Below, piece after piece: positions 54,713-64,000 of a DNA stretch of 64,000 nucleotides. Source of the stretch: Escherichia coli (lineage in GTDB: Bacteria; Pseudomonadota; Gammaproteobacteria; Enterobacterales; Enterobacteriaceae); assembly GCF_030013595.1 (NCBI RefSeq), contig NZ_CP122768.1; one strand, given 5' to 3'. Both the position numbers and the translations under genes were made by a program. The notes under the pieces were generated by a model, which saw nothing but the letters and a program-made list of their open reading frames with translations, was not told where the DNA came from and made no database searches. The stretch's first letter is position 1. Every line of letters begins with the position of its first letter.

Positions 54713-56535
54713 GCGCAATTTCCCTGATCAATAGCGGCGTGGCGTGGTTTGTCGCCGCCGCTGTTCTGGCATTTCTCTTTTCTTTTCAAAAGGCGCTAAG
54801 CGGCTGGATAGCCGGAATTGGCGGCGCGGTTGGTAGCCTGTATACGGCAGCCGCGGGCTTCACTGTACTGACTGGCGCGGTTGGCGTGAGCGGTGCGCTG
54901 TCGCTGGTAAGCTACGATGTGCAAATCTCTCCGCTTAACGCGATTTGGCTGATTACGCTCGGCCTGTGCGGTCTGTTTGTCAGCCTCTACAACATTGACT
55001 GGCATCGCCACGCGCAGGTGAAGTGCAACGGCTTGCAGATCAATATGTTGATGGCTGCCGCCGTCTGCGCCGTCATCGCCAGCAACCTCGGCATGTTCGT
55101 GGTAATGGCTGAAGTCATGGCCTTGTGTGCGGTGTTCCTTACCAGCAACAGCAAAGAGGGCAAACTGTGGTTTGCGCTGGGGCGTCTTGGCACTCTGCTG
55201 CTGGTGATTGCTTGCTGGCTGCTGTGGCAGCGTTACGGCACGCTGGATCTGCGCCTGCTGGATATGCGTATGCAACAGCTGCCGCTCGGTTCCGATATCT
55301 GGCTGCTCGGTGTGATTGGCTTTGGCCTGCTGGCCGGGATTATTCCGCTGCACGGCTGGGTGCCGCAGGCACATGCTAACGCCTCTGCGCCAGCTGCCGC
55401 GTTGTTTTCTACGGTGGTGATGAAAATCGGCCTGCTGGGCATTTTAACCCTGTCGCTGCTGGGCGGTAACGCACCGCTGTGGTGGGGGATCGCGCTGCTG
55501 GTGCTCGGCATGATCACCGCGTTCGTCGGCGGTCTGTATGCGCTGATGGAGCACAACATCCAGCGCCTGCTGGCTTACCACACCCTGGAAAATATCGGCA
55601 TTATCCTGCTGGGGCTGGGCGCTGGCGTAACGGGTATCGCGCTCGAACAACCGGCGCTGATTGCTCTTGGCCTGGTCGGTGGTCTGTACCATCTGCTTAA
55701 TCATAGCCTGTTCAAAAGCGTACTTTTCCTCGGGGCGGGGAGCGTCTGGTTCCGTACCGGTCATCGCGATATCGAAAAACTCGGTGGTATTGGCAAGAAA
55801 ATGCCGGTTATCTCCATCGCCATGTTAGTCGGGCTGATGGCAATGGCTGCGTTGCCGCCGCTGAACGGGTTTGCCGGGGAATGGGTTATCTATCAATCCT
55901 TCTTCAAACTGAGCAATAGTGGCGCGTTTGTTGCCCGTCTGCTGGGGCCGCTGCTCGCTGTGGGGCTGGCAATTACCGGTGCGCTGGCGGTGATGTGTAT
56001 GGCGAAAGTCTATGGCGTCACGTTCCTCGGCGCGCCGCGTACCAAAGAAGCCGAAAACGCCACCTGTGCGCCGCTCCTGATGAGCGTAAGCGTGGTGGCA
56101 CTGGCGATTTGCTGCGTCATTGGCGGTGTTGCTGCGCCGTGGCTGCTGCCGATGCTCTCTGCTGCTGTACCTCTGCCGCTGGAGCCTGCTAACACCACCG
56201 TTTCTCAACCCATGATCACGTTGCTGCTGATTGCCTGCCCGCTGCTGCCATTCATCATTATGGCGATTTGCAAAGGCGATCGTTTGCCGTCGCGTTCCCG
56301 CGGCGCGGCCTGGGTGTGCGGCTACGACCATGAAAAATCAATGGTGATTACTGCTCACGGTTTTGCCATGCCGGTGAAACAGGCGTTTGCGCCGGTGCTG
56401 AAACTGCGCAAATGGCTGAATCCGGTGTCGCTGGTACCGGGCTGGCAGTGTGAGGGGAGTGCGTTGCTGTTCCGCCGGATGGCGCTGGTTGAACTGGCGG
56501 TACTGGTGGTGATTATTGTTTCACGAGGAGCCTGA
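54709..56535 (+). CDS. hycC: Formate hydrogenlyase membrane subunit 3 (NuoL/MnhA-like antiporter-type)
   Basis: 608-aa polytopic ORF. Confidence 0.95.
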   Translation: MSAISLINSGVAWFVAAAVLAFLFSFQKALSGWIAGIGGAVGSLYTAAAGFTVLTGAVGVSGALSLVSYDVQISPLNAIWLITLGLCGLFVSLYNIDWHRHAQVKCNGLQINMLMAAAVCAVIASNLGMFVVMAEVMALCAVFLTSNSKEGKLWFALGRLGTLLLVIACWLLWQRYGTLDLRLLDMRMQQLPLGSDIWLLGVIGFGLLAGIIPLHGWVPQAHANASAPAAALFSTVVMKIGLLGILTLSLLGGNAPLWWGIALLVLGMITAFVGGLYALMEHNIQRLLAYHTLENIGIILLGLGAGVTGIALEQPALIALGLVGGLYHLLNHSLFKSVLFLGAGSVWFRTGHRDIEKLGGIGKKMPVISIAMLVGLMAMAALPPLNGFAGEWVIYQSFFKLSNSGAFVARLLGPLLAVGLAITGALAVMCMAKVYGVTFLGAPRTKEAENATCAPLLMSVSVVALAICCVIGGVAAPWLLPMLSAAVPLPLEPANTTVSQPMITLLLIACPLLPFIIMAICKGDRLPSRSRGAAWVCGYDHEKSMVITAHGFAMPVKQAFAPVLKLRKWLNPVSLVPGWQCEGSALLFRRMALVELAVLVVIIVSRGA

Positions 56536-56537
56536 GA

Positions 56538-57461
56538 ATGAGTGTTTTATATCCGTTAATTCAGGCGCTGGTGTTATTTGCCGTTGCGCCGCTGCTCTCC
56601 GGTATAACCCGCGTGGCGCGCGCCCGCTTGCATAACCGTCGCGGGCCGGGCGTGTTGCAGGAGTATCGCGACATTATCAAACTGCTGGGCCGCCAGAGTG
56701 TTGGCCCGGATGCCTCCGGCTGGGTGTTCCGCCTGACGCCGTATGTGATGGTGGGCGTCATGCTGACTATCGCTACTGCGCTGCCGGTGGTGACCGTTGG
56801 TTCTCCGCTGCCGCAGCTGGGCGATTTGATCACCTTGCTGTATCTCTTTGCCATCGCGCGTTTCTTCTTTGCCATTTCTGGTCTGGATACCGGTAGCCCG
56901 TTTACTGCTATCGGCGCGAGCCGTGAAGCGATGCTTGGCGTGCTGGTCGAACCGATGCTGCTGCTTGGTCTGTGGGTTGCCGCACAGGTTGCCGGTTCCA
57001 CCAACATCAGCAACATCACCGACACCGTTTATCACTGGCCGCTGAGCCAGAGCATCCCGCTGGTGCTGGCGCTTTGTGCCTGTGCGTTCGCCACTTTTAT
57101 CGAAATGGGCAAACTGCCGTTCGACCTGGCGGAAGCCGAGCAGGAGTTGCAGGAAGGGCCGCTCTCTGAATACAGCGGTAGCGGCTTTGGCGTCATGAAA
57201 TGGGGTATCAGCCTGAAACAGCTGGTGGTGTTGCAGATGTTCGTCGGGGTGTTTATTCCGTGGGGACAAATGGAAACCTTCACCGTCGGTGGGCTGCTGC
57301 TGGCGCTGGTGATTGCCATCGTCAAACTGGTGGTTGGCGTCCTGGTTATCGCGCTGTTCGAAAACAGCATGGCCCGTCTGCGTCTTGATATTACTCCGCG
57401 CATTACCTGGGCTGGGTTTGGCTTTGCATTTTTAGCGTTCGTCTCCTTGCTGGCGGCGTGA
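56538..57461 (+). CDS. hycD: Formate hydrogenlyase membrane subunit 4 (NuoH-like)
   Basis: 307-aa polytopic ORF. Confidence 0.95.
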   Translation: MSVLYPLIQALVLFAVAPLLSGITRVARARLHNRRGPGVLQEYRDIIKLLGRQSVGPDASGWVFRLTPYVMVGVMLTIATALPVVTVGSPLPQLGDLITLLYLFAIARFFFAISGLDTGSPFTAIGASREAMLGVLVEPMLLLGLWVAAQVAGSTNISNITDTVYHWPLSQSIPLVLALCACAFATFIEMGKLPFDLAEAEQELQEGPLSEYSGSGFGVMKWGISLKQLVVLQMFVGVFIPWGQMETFTVGGLLLALVIAIVKLVVGVLVIALFENSMARLRLDITPRITWAGFGFAFLAFVSLLAA

Positions 57462-57478
57462 TTAAAGAGAGTTTGAGC

Positions 57479-59188
57479 ATGTCTGAAGAAAAATTAGGTC
57501 AACATTATCTCGCCGCGCTGAATGAGGCATTTCCCGGCGTCGTGCTGGACCACGCCTGGCAGACCAAAGATCAGCTGACTGTCACCGTAAAGGTGAACTA
57601 CCTGCCGGAAGTGGTGGAGTTTCTTTACTACAAACAGGGTGGCTGGCTGTCGGTGCTGTTTGGCAACGACGAACGCAAACTGAATGGTCATTACGCCGTT
57701 TACTACGTGCTGTCGATGGAGAAGGGCACTAAGTGTTGGATTACGGTTCGCATCGAAGTTGACGCCAACAAACCGGAGTATCCGTCCGTGACGCCGCGCG
57801 TTCCGGCGGCGGTGTGGGGCGAGCGCGAAGTGCGCGATATGTACGGTTTGATTCCGGTTGGTCTGCCGGATGAACGTCGTCTGGTGCTGCCGGATGACTG
57901 GCCGGATGAACTTTATCCGCTGCGTAAAGACAGCATGGATTATCGTCAACGTCCGGCACCGACTACCGATGCTGAAACCTACGAGTTCATCAACGAACTG
58001 GGCGACAAGAAAAACAACGTCGTTCCGATTGGTCCGCTGCACGTCACTTCTGACGAACCGGGCCACTTCCGTCTGTTCGTCGATGGCGAAAACATTATCG
58101 ACGCAGACTACCGCCTGTTCTATGTCCATCGCGGCATGGAAAAACTGGCGGAAACCCGCATGGGTTACAACGAAGTGACCTTCCTCTCTGACCGTGTGTG
58201 CGGGATCTGCGGCTTTGCTCACAGCACCGCCTACACCACGTCGGTGGAAAACGCGATGGGTATTCAGGTGCCAGAACGTGCGCAGATGATCCGCGCCATT
58301 CTGCTGGAGGTAGAACGCCTGCACTCGCATCTGCTCAACCTCGGCCTCGCCTGTCACTTTACCGGCTTCGACTCCGGCTTTATGCAGTTCTTCCGCGTGC
58401 GTGAAACCTCCATGAAAATGGCAGAGATCCTTACCGGTGCGCGTAAAACCTACGGCCTGAACCTGATCGGCGGGATTCGTCGCGATCTGCTGAAAGATGA
58501 CATGATCCAGACCCGTCAACTGGCACAGCAGATGCGTCGTGAAGTGCAGGAGCTGGTGGATGTGCTGCTGAGCACACCGAACATGGAACAGCGCACCGTC
58601 GGCATTGGTCGTCTGGACCCGGAAATTGCCCGCGACTTCAGTAACGTCGGCCCGATGGTCCGTGCCAGCGGTCACGCCCGCGATACCCGCGCCGATCACC
58701 CGTTTGTTGGTTATGGCCTGCTGCCAATGGAAGTCCACAGCGAGCAGGGCTGCGACGTTATTTCGCGTCTGAAAGTGCGTATTAACGAAGTCTATACCGC
58801 GCTGAACATGATCGACTACGGTCTGGATAATCTGCCGGGCGGCCCGCTGATGGTGGAAGGCTTTACCTACATTCCGCACCGTTTTGCGCTGGGCTTTGCC
58901 GAAGCGCCGCGCGGCGATGATATCCACTGGAGCATGACCGGCGACAACCAGAAGCTGTACCGCTGGCGCTGCCGTGCGGCGACCTACGCGAACTGGCCGA
59001 CCCTGCGCTACATGCTGCGCGGCAACACCGTTTCCGATGCGCCGCTGATTATCGGTAGCCTGGACCCTTGCTACTCCTGTACCGACCGCATGACGGTGGT
59101 CGATGTACGTAAGAAGAAGAGCAAAGTGGTGCCGTACAAAGAACTCGAGCGTTACAGCATTGAGCGTAAAAACTCGCCGCTGAAATAA
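57479..59188 (+). CDS. hycE: Hydrogenase 3 [NiFe] large subunit
   Basis: 569-aa MSEEKLGQHYLAALNEAFPGVV...; N-terminal RxCGxC and C-terminal DPCxxC nickel-binding motifs. Confidence 0.96.
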   Translation: MSEEKLGQHYLAALNEAFPGVVLDHAWQTKDQLTVTVKVNYLPEVVEFLYYKQGGWLSVLFGNDERKLNGHYAVYYVLSMEKGTKCWITVRIEVDANKPEYPSVTPRVPAAVWGEREVRDMYGLIPVGLPDERRLVLPDDWPDELYPLRKDSMDYRQRPAPTTDAETYEFINELGDKKNNVVPIGPLHVTSDEPGHFRLFVDGENIIDADYRLFYVHRGMEKLAETRMGYNEVTFLSDRVCGICGFAHSTAYTTSVENAMGIQVPERAQMIRAILLEVERLHSHLLNLGLACHFTGFDSGFMQFFRVRETSMKMAEILTGARKTYGLNLIGGIRRDLLKDDMIQTRQLAQQMRREVQELVDVLLSTPNMEQRTVGIGRLDPEIARDFSNVGPMVRASGHARDTRADHPFVGYGLLPMEVHSEQGCDVISRLKVRINEVYTALNMIDYGLDNLPGGPLMVEGFTYIPHRFALGFAEAPRGDDIHWSMTGDNQKLYRWRCRAATYANWPTLRYMLRGNTVSDAPLIIGSLDPCYSCTDRMTVVDVRKKKSKVVPYKELERYSIERKNSPLK

Positions 59189-59197
59189 GGAATCGCC

Positions 59198-59740
59198 ATG
59201 TTTACCTTTATCAAAAAAGTTATCAAAACCGGCACGGCGACCTCATCTTATCCGCTGGAGCCGATTGCGGTTGATAAAAACTTCCGTGGTAAGCCAGAGC
59301 AGAACCCGCAGCAGTGCATCGGCTGCGCGGCCTGCGTCAATGCCTGCCCGTCAAACGCCTTAACGGTTGAAACTGACATCGCCACAGGAGAGCTGGCCTG
59401 GGAGTTTAATCTCGGGCGCTGCATCTTCTGTGGACGCTGCGAAGAAGTTTGCCCGACGGCGGCGATCAAACTGTCGCAAGAGTACGAACTGGCGGTGTGG
59501 AAGAAAGAAGACTTCCTGCAACAGTCCCGCTTCGCGCTGTGCAACTGCCGCGTCTGCAATCGTCCTTTCGCCGTCCAGAAAGAGATCGACTACGCCATTG
59601 CGCTGCTTAAGCACAATGGCGACAGCCGCGCGGAAAACCACCGCGAAAGCTTTGAGACTTGCCCGGAATGTAAGCGCCAGAAATGCCTGGTGCCGTCCGA
59701 CCGTATTGAACTGACTCGCCATATGAAAGAGGCCATCTGA
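59198..59740 (+). CDS. hycF: Formate hydrogenlyase iron-sulfur subunit (NuoI-like)
   Basis: 180-aa ORF, 2x CxxCxxCxxxCP. Confidence 0.95.
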   Translation: MFTFIKKVIKTGTATSSYPLEPIAVDKNFRGKPEQNPQQCIGCAACVNACPSNALTVETDIATGELAWEFNLGRCIFCGRCEEVCPTAAIKLSQEYELAVWKKEDFLQQSRFALCNCRVCNRPFAVQKEIDYAIALLKHNGDSRAENHRESFETCPECKRQKCLVPSDRIELTRHMKEAI

Positions 59741-60507
59741 TGAGCAATTTATTAGGCCCCCGTGACGCCAACGGCATTCCGGTCCCGATGACGGTGGATG
59801 AATCCATCGCCAGCATGAAGGCGTCGTTACTGAAAAAAATCAAACGTTCTGCCTACGTTTACCGCGTGGACTGCGGCGGCTGCAACGGCTGCGAAATCGA
59901 AATTTTCGCCACGCTTTCGCCGCTGTTTGATGCAGAACGCTTCGGCATTAAAGTCGTTCCTTCACCGCGTCATGCGGATATTTTACTGTTTACCGGCGCG
60001 GTCACCCGTGCAATGCGATCCCCTGCGCTGCGTGCGTGGCAGTCCGCGCCGGACCCGAAAATTTGTATCTCCTACGGTGCCTGCGGTAACAGCGGCGGGA
60101 TCTTCCACGATCTCTACTGCGTGTGGGGCGGTACGGATAAAATCGTCCCGGTAGATGTCTACATCCCTGGCTGCCCGCCAACGCCTGCCGCTACGCTATA
60201 CGGCTTTGCAATGGCGCTCGGCCTGCTGGAGCAGAAAATTCACGCCCGTGGGCCGGGTGAGCAGGATGAACAACCGGCAGAAATTCTGCATGGCGATATG
60301 GTGCAGCCGCTGCGCGTGAAAGTGGATCGCGAAGCACGCCGCCTGGCGGGTTATCGTTACGGTCGTCAGATTGCCGATGATTACCTTACACAGTTAGGGC
60401 AGGGCGAAGAACAGGTTGCACGCTGGCTGGAAGCGGAAAACGATCCGCGTCTGAACGAGATTGTCAGCCATCTGAATCATGTTGTTGAAGAGGCGCGTAT
60501 CCGATGA
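59740..60507 (+). CDS. hycG: Hydrogenase 3 small subunit (NuoB-like)
   Basis: 255-aa ORF with CGGCNGC and GCPP motifs. Confidence 0.95.
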   Translation: MSNLLGPRDANGIPVPMTVDESIASMKASLLKKIKRSAYVYRVDCGGCNGCEIEIFATLSPLFDAERFGIKVVPSPRHADILLFTGAVTRAMRSPALRAWQSAPDPKICISYGACGNSGGIFHDLYCVWGGTDKIVPVDVYIPGCPPTPAATLYGFAMALGLLEQKIHARGPGEQDEQPAEILHGDMVQPLRVKVDREARRLAGYRYGRQIADDYLTQLGQGEEQVARWLEAENDPRLNEIVSHLNHVVEEARIR

Positions 60508-60914
60508 GTGAAAAGGTGGTGTTCAGTCAACTGAGCCGTAAATTTATTGATGAGAACGATGCCACGCCCGCCGAGGCGCAGCAGGTGGTCTATTACAGCC
60601 TGGCGATTGGTCACCACCTTGGGGTTATCGATTGCCTGGAAGCGGCGCTCACCTGTCCGTGGGATGAATATCTGGCATGGATTGCCACTCTGGAGGCGGG
60701 CAGCGAAGCCCGCCGCAAAATGGAAGGCGTGCCGAAATATGGTGAGATTGTCATCGACATTAACCATGTGCCGATGCTGGCCAACGCATTCGATAAAGCC
60801 CGGGCAGCGCAAACTTCGCAGCAGAAGGAATGGAGTACAATGCTGTTAAGTATGCTGCATGATATTCATCAGGAAAACGCCATCTATTTGATGGTGAGGA
60901 GATTGCGTGACTGA
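60504..60914 (+). CDS. hycH: Formate hydrogenlyase maturation protein HycH
   Basis: 136-aa ORF, operon position. Confidence 0.9.
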   Translation: MSEKVVFSQLSRKFIDENDATPAEAQQVVYYSLAIGHHLGVIDCLEAALTCPWDEYLAWIATLEAGSEARRKMEGVPKYGEIVIDINHVPMLANAFDKARAAQTSQQKEWSTMLLSMLHDIHQENAIYLMVRRLRD

Positions 60915-61377
60915 CGTTTTACTCTGTGTTGGCAATAGCATGATGGGCGATGATGGCGCAGGCCCGCTACTGGCGGAAAAGTGCGCCGCCGCGCCGAAAG
61001 GTCACTGGGTGGTGATTGACGGCGGTAGTGCACCGGAAAACGACATTGTCGCTATTCGCGAACTGCGCCCGACACGACTGCTGATTGTCGACGCCACGGA
61101 TATGGGGCTAAACCCCGGCGAGATCCGCATCATCGATCCGGATGATATCGCCGAGATGTTTATGATGACTACCCATAACATGCCGTTGAACTACCTTATC
61201 GACCAGTTAAAAGAAGACATTGGCGAAGTGATTTTCCTCGGCATCCAGCCGGATATCGTCGGCTTTTACTACCCGATGACCCAGCCGATTAAAGATGCGG
61301 TAGAAACCGTTTATCAACGACTGGAAGGCTGGGAAGGGAATGGCGGATTCGCGCAGTTAGCGGTGGAAGAAGAGTAG
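60907..61377 (+). CDS. hycI: Hydrogenase 3 maturation endopeptidase
   Basis: 156-aa [25 protein letters not shown]... Confidence 0.92.
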   Translation: MTDVLLCVGNSMMGDDGAGPLLAEKCAAAPKGHWVVIDGGSAPENDIVAIRELRPTRLLIVDATDMGLNPGEIRIIDPDDIAEMFMMTTHNMPLNYLIDQLKEDIGEVIFLGIQPDIVGFYYPMTQPIKDAVETVYQRLEGWEGNGGFAQLAVEEE

Positions 61378-61401
61378 TTTTTCAGTAAGGAATTCAGGGG
61401 A

Positions 61402-62175
61402 TTGAACATCAGAACAGGGATGTGCGCTTTTTTATTGAGCTTAGTGCTGCCTGCACAGGCCACCAGCTTTACCGAATATCTGCCGATGAGTGACAGCGAA
61501 TACGCGCAAAAGCGGGCGCTGAAACCTCTCCTGACCATGCCTTATGATGCCGAGCAAAACTGGCATTTTAGAAAAGTCGGCGTTGCTGGCGTGACGCTTG
61601 AAAAGATGCCAAATGATGATAGTGAATGGCAATTGAACGGTAAAGATCGCGCCGGTAAATCCTGGTCTGTGCCTGTGGGGGTGCTGCAAAATATGGCGGG
61701 TAATGCGCAACTTTACCGTGCCGATCTTGATCGTAACGGCATTCAGGATCTAGTTATCTGGCGGGGTATTTCAGGAAATGGTCTGGCACCTAACGCGTTT
61801 TTGATTCTGATGACCTTTAATCAGCAAGGTCGCCCGTGTGTTTTTCAGTCCGATGGTTTTTATACCGCAAGTGAAACTGGCATTGATGATTTGCTGGATT
61901 TACAAAGGAATGGCCACACGCAATTGCTGGATATGCAGTTTGATTCCGGTTACTGGATAACCAGTCTGTATCAGGTAAAAGACGCCAAATGGCAGCGTGT
62001 TCACGGCTGGTTTGGCAAGTTAAGCTATCCCGCGCTCACGCGTTTTACTTATACCCCCAACCGTAAACTCGTCCTCAAACCCATCGCCGGGCGCGACCCG
62101 CAATCGGAAGATCTGGCGCTGACGCAGCGTTGCTTGATAAAGGGGGATGTGCTTTATGGGGTGAATCAGAACTGA
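61402..62175 (+). CDS. Uncharacterised exported protein (predicted signal peptide, no recognisable domain); start may be TTG 61402 or ATG 61420
   Basis: 257-codon ORF with E. coli-like codon usage; N-terminus MNIRTGMCAFLLSLVLPAQA|TSF looks like a Sec signal peptide; begins 25 bp after hycI stop with no intervening hairpin. Confidence 0.55.
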   Translation: MNIRTGMCAFLLSLVLPAQATSFTEYLPMSDSEYAQKRALKPLLTMPYDAEQNWHFRKVGVAGVTLEKMPNDDSEWQLNGKDRAGKSWSVPVGVLQNMAGNAQLYRADLDRNGIQDLVIWRGISGNGLAPNAFLILMTFNQQGRPCVFQSDGFYTASETGIDDLLDLQRNGHTQLLDMQFDSGYWITSLYQVKDAKWQRVHGWFGKLSYPALTRFTYTPNRKLVLKPIAGRDPQSEDLALTQRCLIKGDVLYGVNQN

Positions 62176-62237
62176 CTTTTTGCAGAGTGGCTATGTGGAT
62201 TTTGGGGGTAATTATATAGCGTACAAGTGTTTACATA

Positions 62238-62266
62238 TTGTGAACTTTGATTTGATGAGCTATAGT
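62238..62266 (+). promoter_or_regulatory. Candidate sigma70 promoter for the higB-like gene (TTGTGA-N17-TATAGT)
   Basis: -35 at 62238..62243, 17-bp spacer, -10 at 62261..62266, about 70 nt upstream of the toxin ATG. Confidence 0.35.
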
Positions 62267-62336
62267 TTCCGAACACATAAGGATAGAACTCGCAGATGTG
62301 GCTGTTTACTTACTATAAGGAAGTTAAAACTTAAAA

Positions 62337-62648
62337 ATGCACATCATTTCTAAAGCGCCATTTGAAGAGTGTGCGCGCAAATATCCTAACGACGCTCTGG
62401 CTCTACACTCATTGTATCGGGTTATTAAGGAAACGGATTTTTCTACACCAGAAGAAATGCGAACGGCGTTTCCCAACCTCGACAATTTTAGATATCGCAA
62501 CAAATGGTACGTTCTGGATGTCGGCGGGAACAATCTTAGGGTTATTGCCTACATAAACTTTGTTAATAAGCGGTTCTTTGTGAAGCACATAACGAATCAC
62601 GCAGAGTATGACAAACTGACACGTTACTACAGAGAGAACAAAGAATGA
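62337..62648 (+). CDS. HigB-like toxin (RelE/ParE superfamily mRNA interferase)
   Basis: 103-aa MHIISKAPFEECARKYPNDALALHSLYRVIKETDFSTPEEMRTAFPNLDNFRYRNKWYVLDVGGNNLRVIAYINFVNKRFFVKHITNHAEYDKL...; shares the FP.LDNF...VGGN.LRV...H.EYD pattern of E. coli HigB as I recall it. Confidence 0.75.
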   Translation: MHIISKAPFEECARKYPNDALALHSLYRVIKETDFSTPEEMRTAFPNLDNFRYRNKWYVLDVGGNNLRVIAYINFVNKRFFVKHITNHAEYDKLTRYYRENKE

Positions 62649-63064
62649 CTGCTAATGCTGCACGCGCTGTTAAAGCAACAAGAGAACTGGTCAATGCAGT
62701 CCCCTTTCTGGGAGGTAGTGACTCAGAAGATGATTATCGTGAAGCACTGGAACTGGTCGAATATTTGATTGAAGAAGATGACACCAATCCACTTATCGAC
62801 TTTCTGGCGAGCCGCATTGCAGAGTATGAAAGCAACAACGAAAAGTTTGCAGAGTTCGACAAAGCCGTTGCTGCAATGCCGGTTGGCGTGGCGTTACTTC
62901 GTACGCTGATTGATCAACATAATCTGACCTACGCGGATTTGAAGAACGAAATCGGCTCTAAATCCCTGGTCAGTCAGATTTTGTCTGGGCAACGATCCCT
63001 GACGATATCCCACATTAAGGCACTTTCAGCCCGATTTGGTGTTAAGCCGGAATGGTTTCTTTGA
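62645..63064 (+). CDS. HigA-like antitoxin (XRE-family HTH at C-terminus)
   Basis: 139-aa ORF overlapping toxin stop by 4 bp; C-terminal HTH LTYADLKNEIGSKSLVSQILSGQRSLTISHIKALSARFGV; N-terminal APFLGG...ALELVEYL like HigA. Confidence 0.75.
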   Translation: MTANAARAVKATRELVNAVPFLGGSDSEDDYREALELVEYLIEEDDTNPLIDFLASRIAEYESNNEKFAEFDKAVAAMPVGVALLRTLIDQHNLTYADLKNEIGSKSLVSQILSGQRSLTISHIKALSARFGVKPEWFL

Positions 63065-63090
63065 TTTTGACTGATGCCAAACCCAAGATT

Positions 63091-63120
63091 GCCCGATGCG
63101 CAACGCTTATCGGGCTTTCT
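63091..63120. terminator. Hairpin between convergent higA-like gene and ascB (gcccgat...atcgggc tttctt)
   Basis: 7-bp GC-rich stem with 11-nt loop and T-rich tail. Confidence 0.4.
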
Positions 63121-63142
63121 TGGTTCGTGCGACGGTAGTTAC

Positions 63143-64000
<858 letters not shown>

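Noticed and set aside
57494-58927. 477-aa minus-strand ORF antisense to hycE
   Set aside because: Shadow ORF of a GC-rich, highly expressed gene; hycE on the plus strand is unambiguous.

Overview
This window is an Escherichia coli chromosomal segment syntenic with the K-12 pyrG-eno ... hyc-ascB region, read in the opposite orientation to the K-12 map. About 70 protein genes are supported; all identifications are by reading the ORF translations and by remembered gene order, no searches were run. Core genes in order: pyrG (3' end), eno, ygcG, queE, a type I-E CRISPR array, ygcE, yqcE, ygcW/U/S/R/Q/P/O/N, queD, cysJIH, iap, cysDNC, ygbE, ftsB, ispDF, truD, surE, pcm, nlpD, rpoS, ygbN-M-L-K-J-I, pphB, mutS, ygbA, fhlA, hypEDCBA, hycABCDEFGHI, ascB (partial). 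The strain is not K-12-like at several points. (1) The whole type I-E cas operon and its adjacent array are missing from the cysH-iap interval, which instead holds a Hok/Gef-family toxin gene and an intact IS186 with a 10-bp target duplication. (2) The queE-ygcE array (9 repeats, 8 spacers, one duplicated) is therefore an orphan. (3) A roughly 1.75-kb segment between hycI and ascB encodes an uncharacterised exported protein and a HigB/HigA-like toxin-antitoxin pair; this is my best candidate for an undescribed system. (4) A MarR regulator plus UbiX/UbiD-type decarboxylase island lies between rpoS and ygbN. (5) A tandem-Mop-domain gene lies between ygbA and fhlA. (6) ygcG carries an in-frame TAA. 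Absence from K-12 in points 3-5 rests on recalled gene order and needs alignment to confirm.
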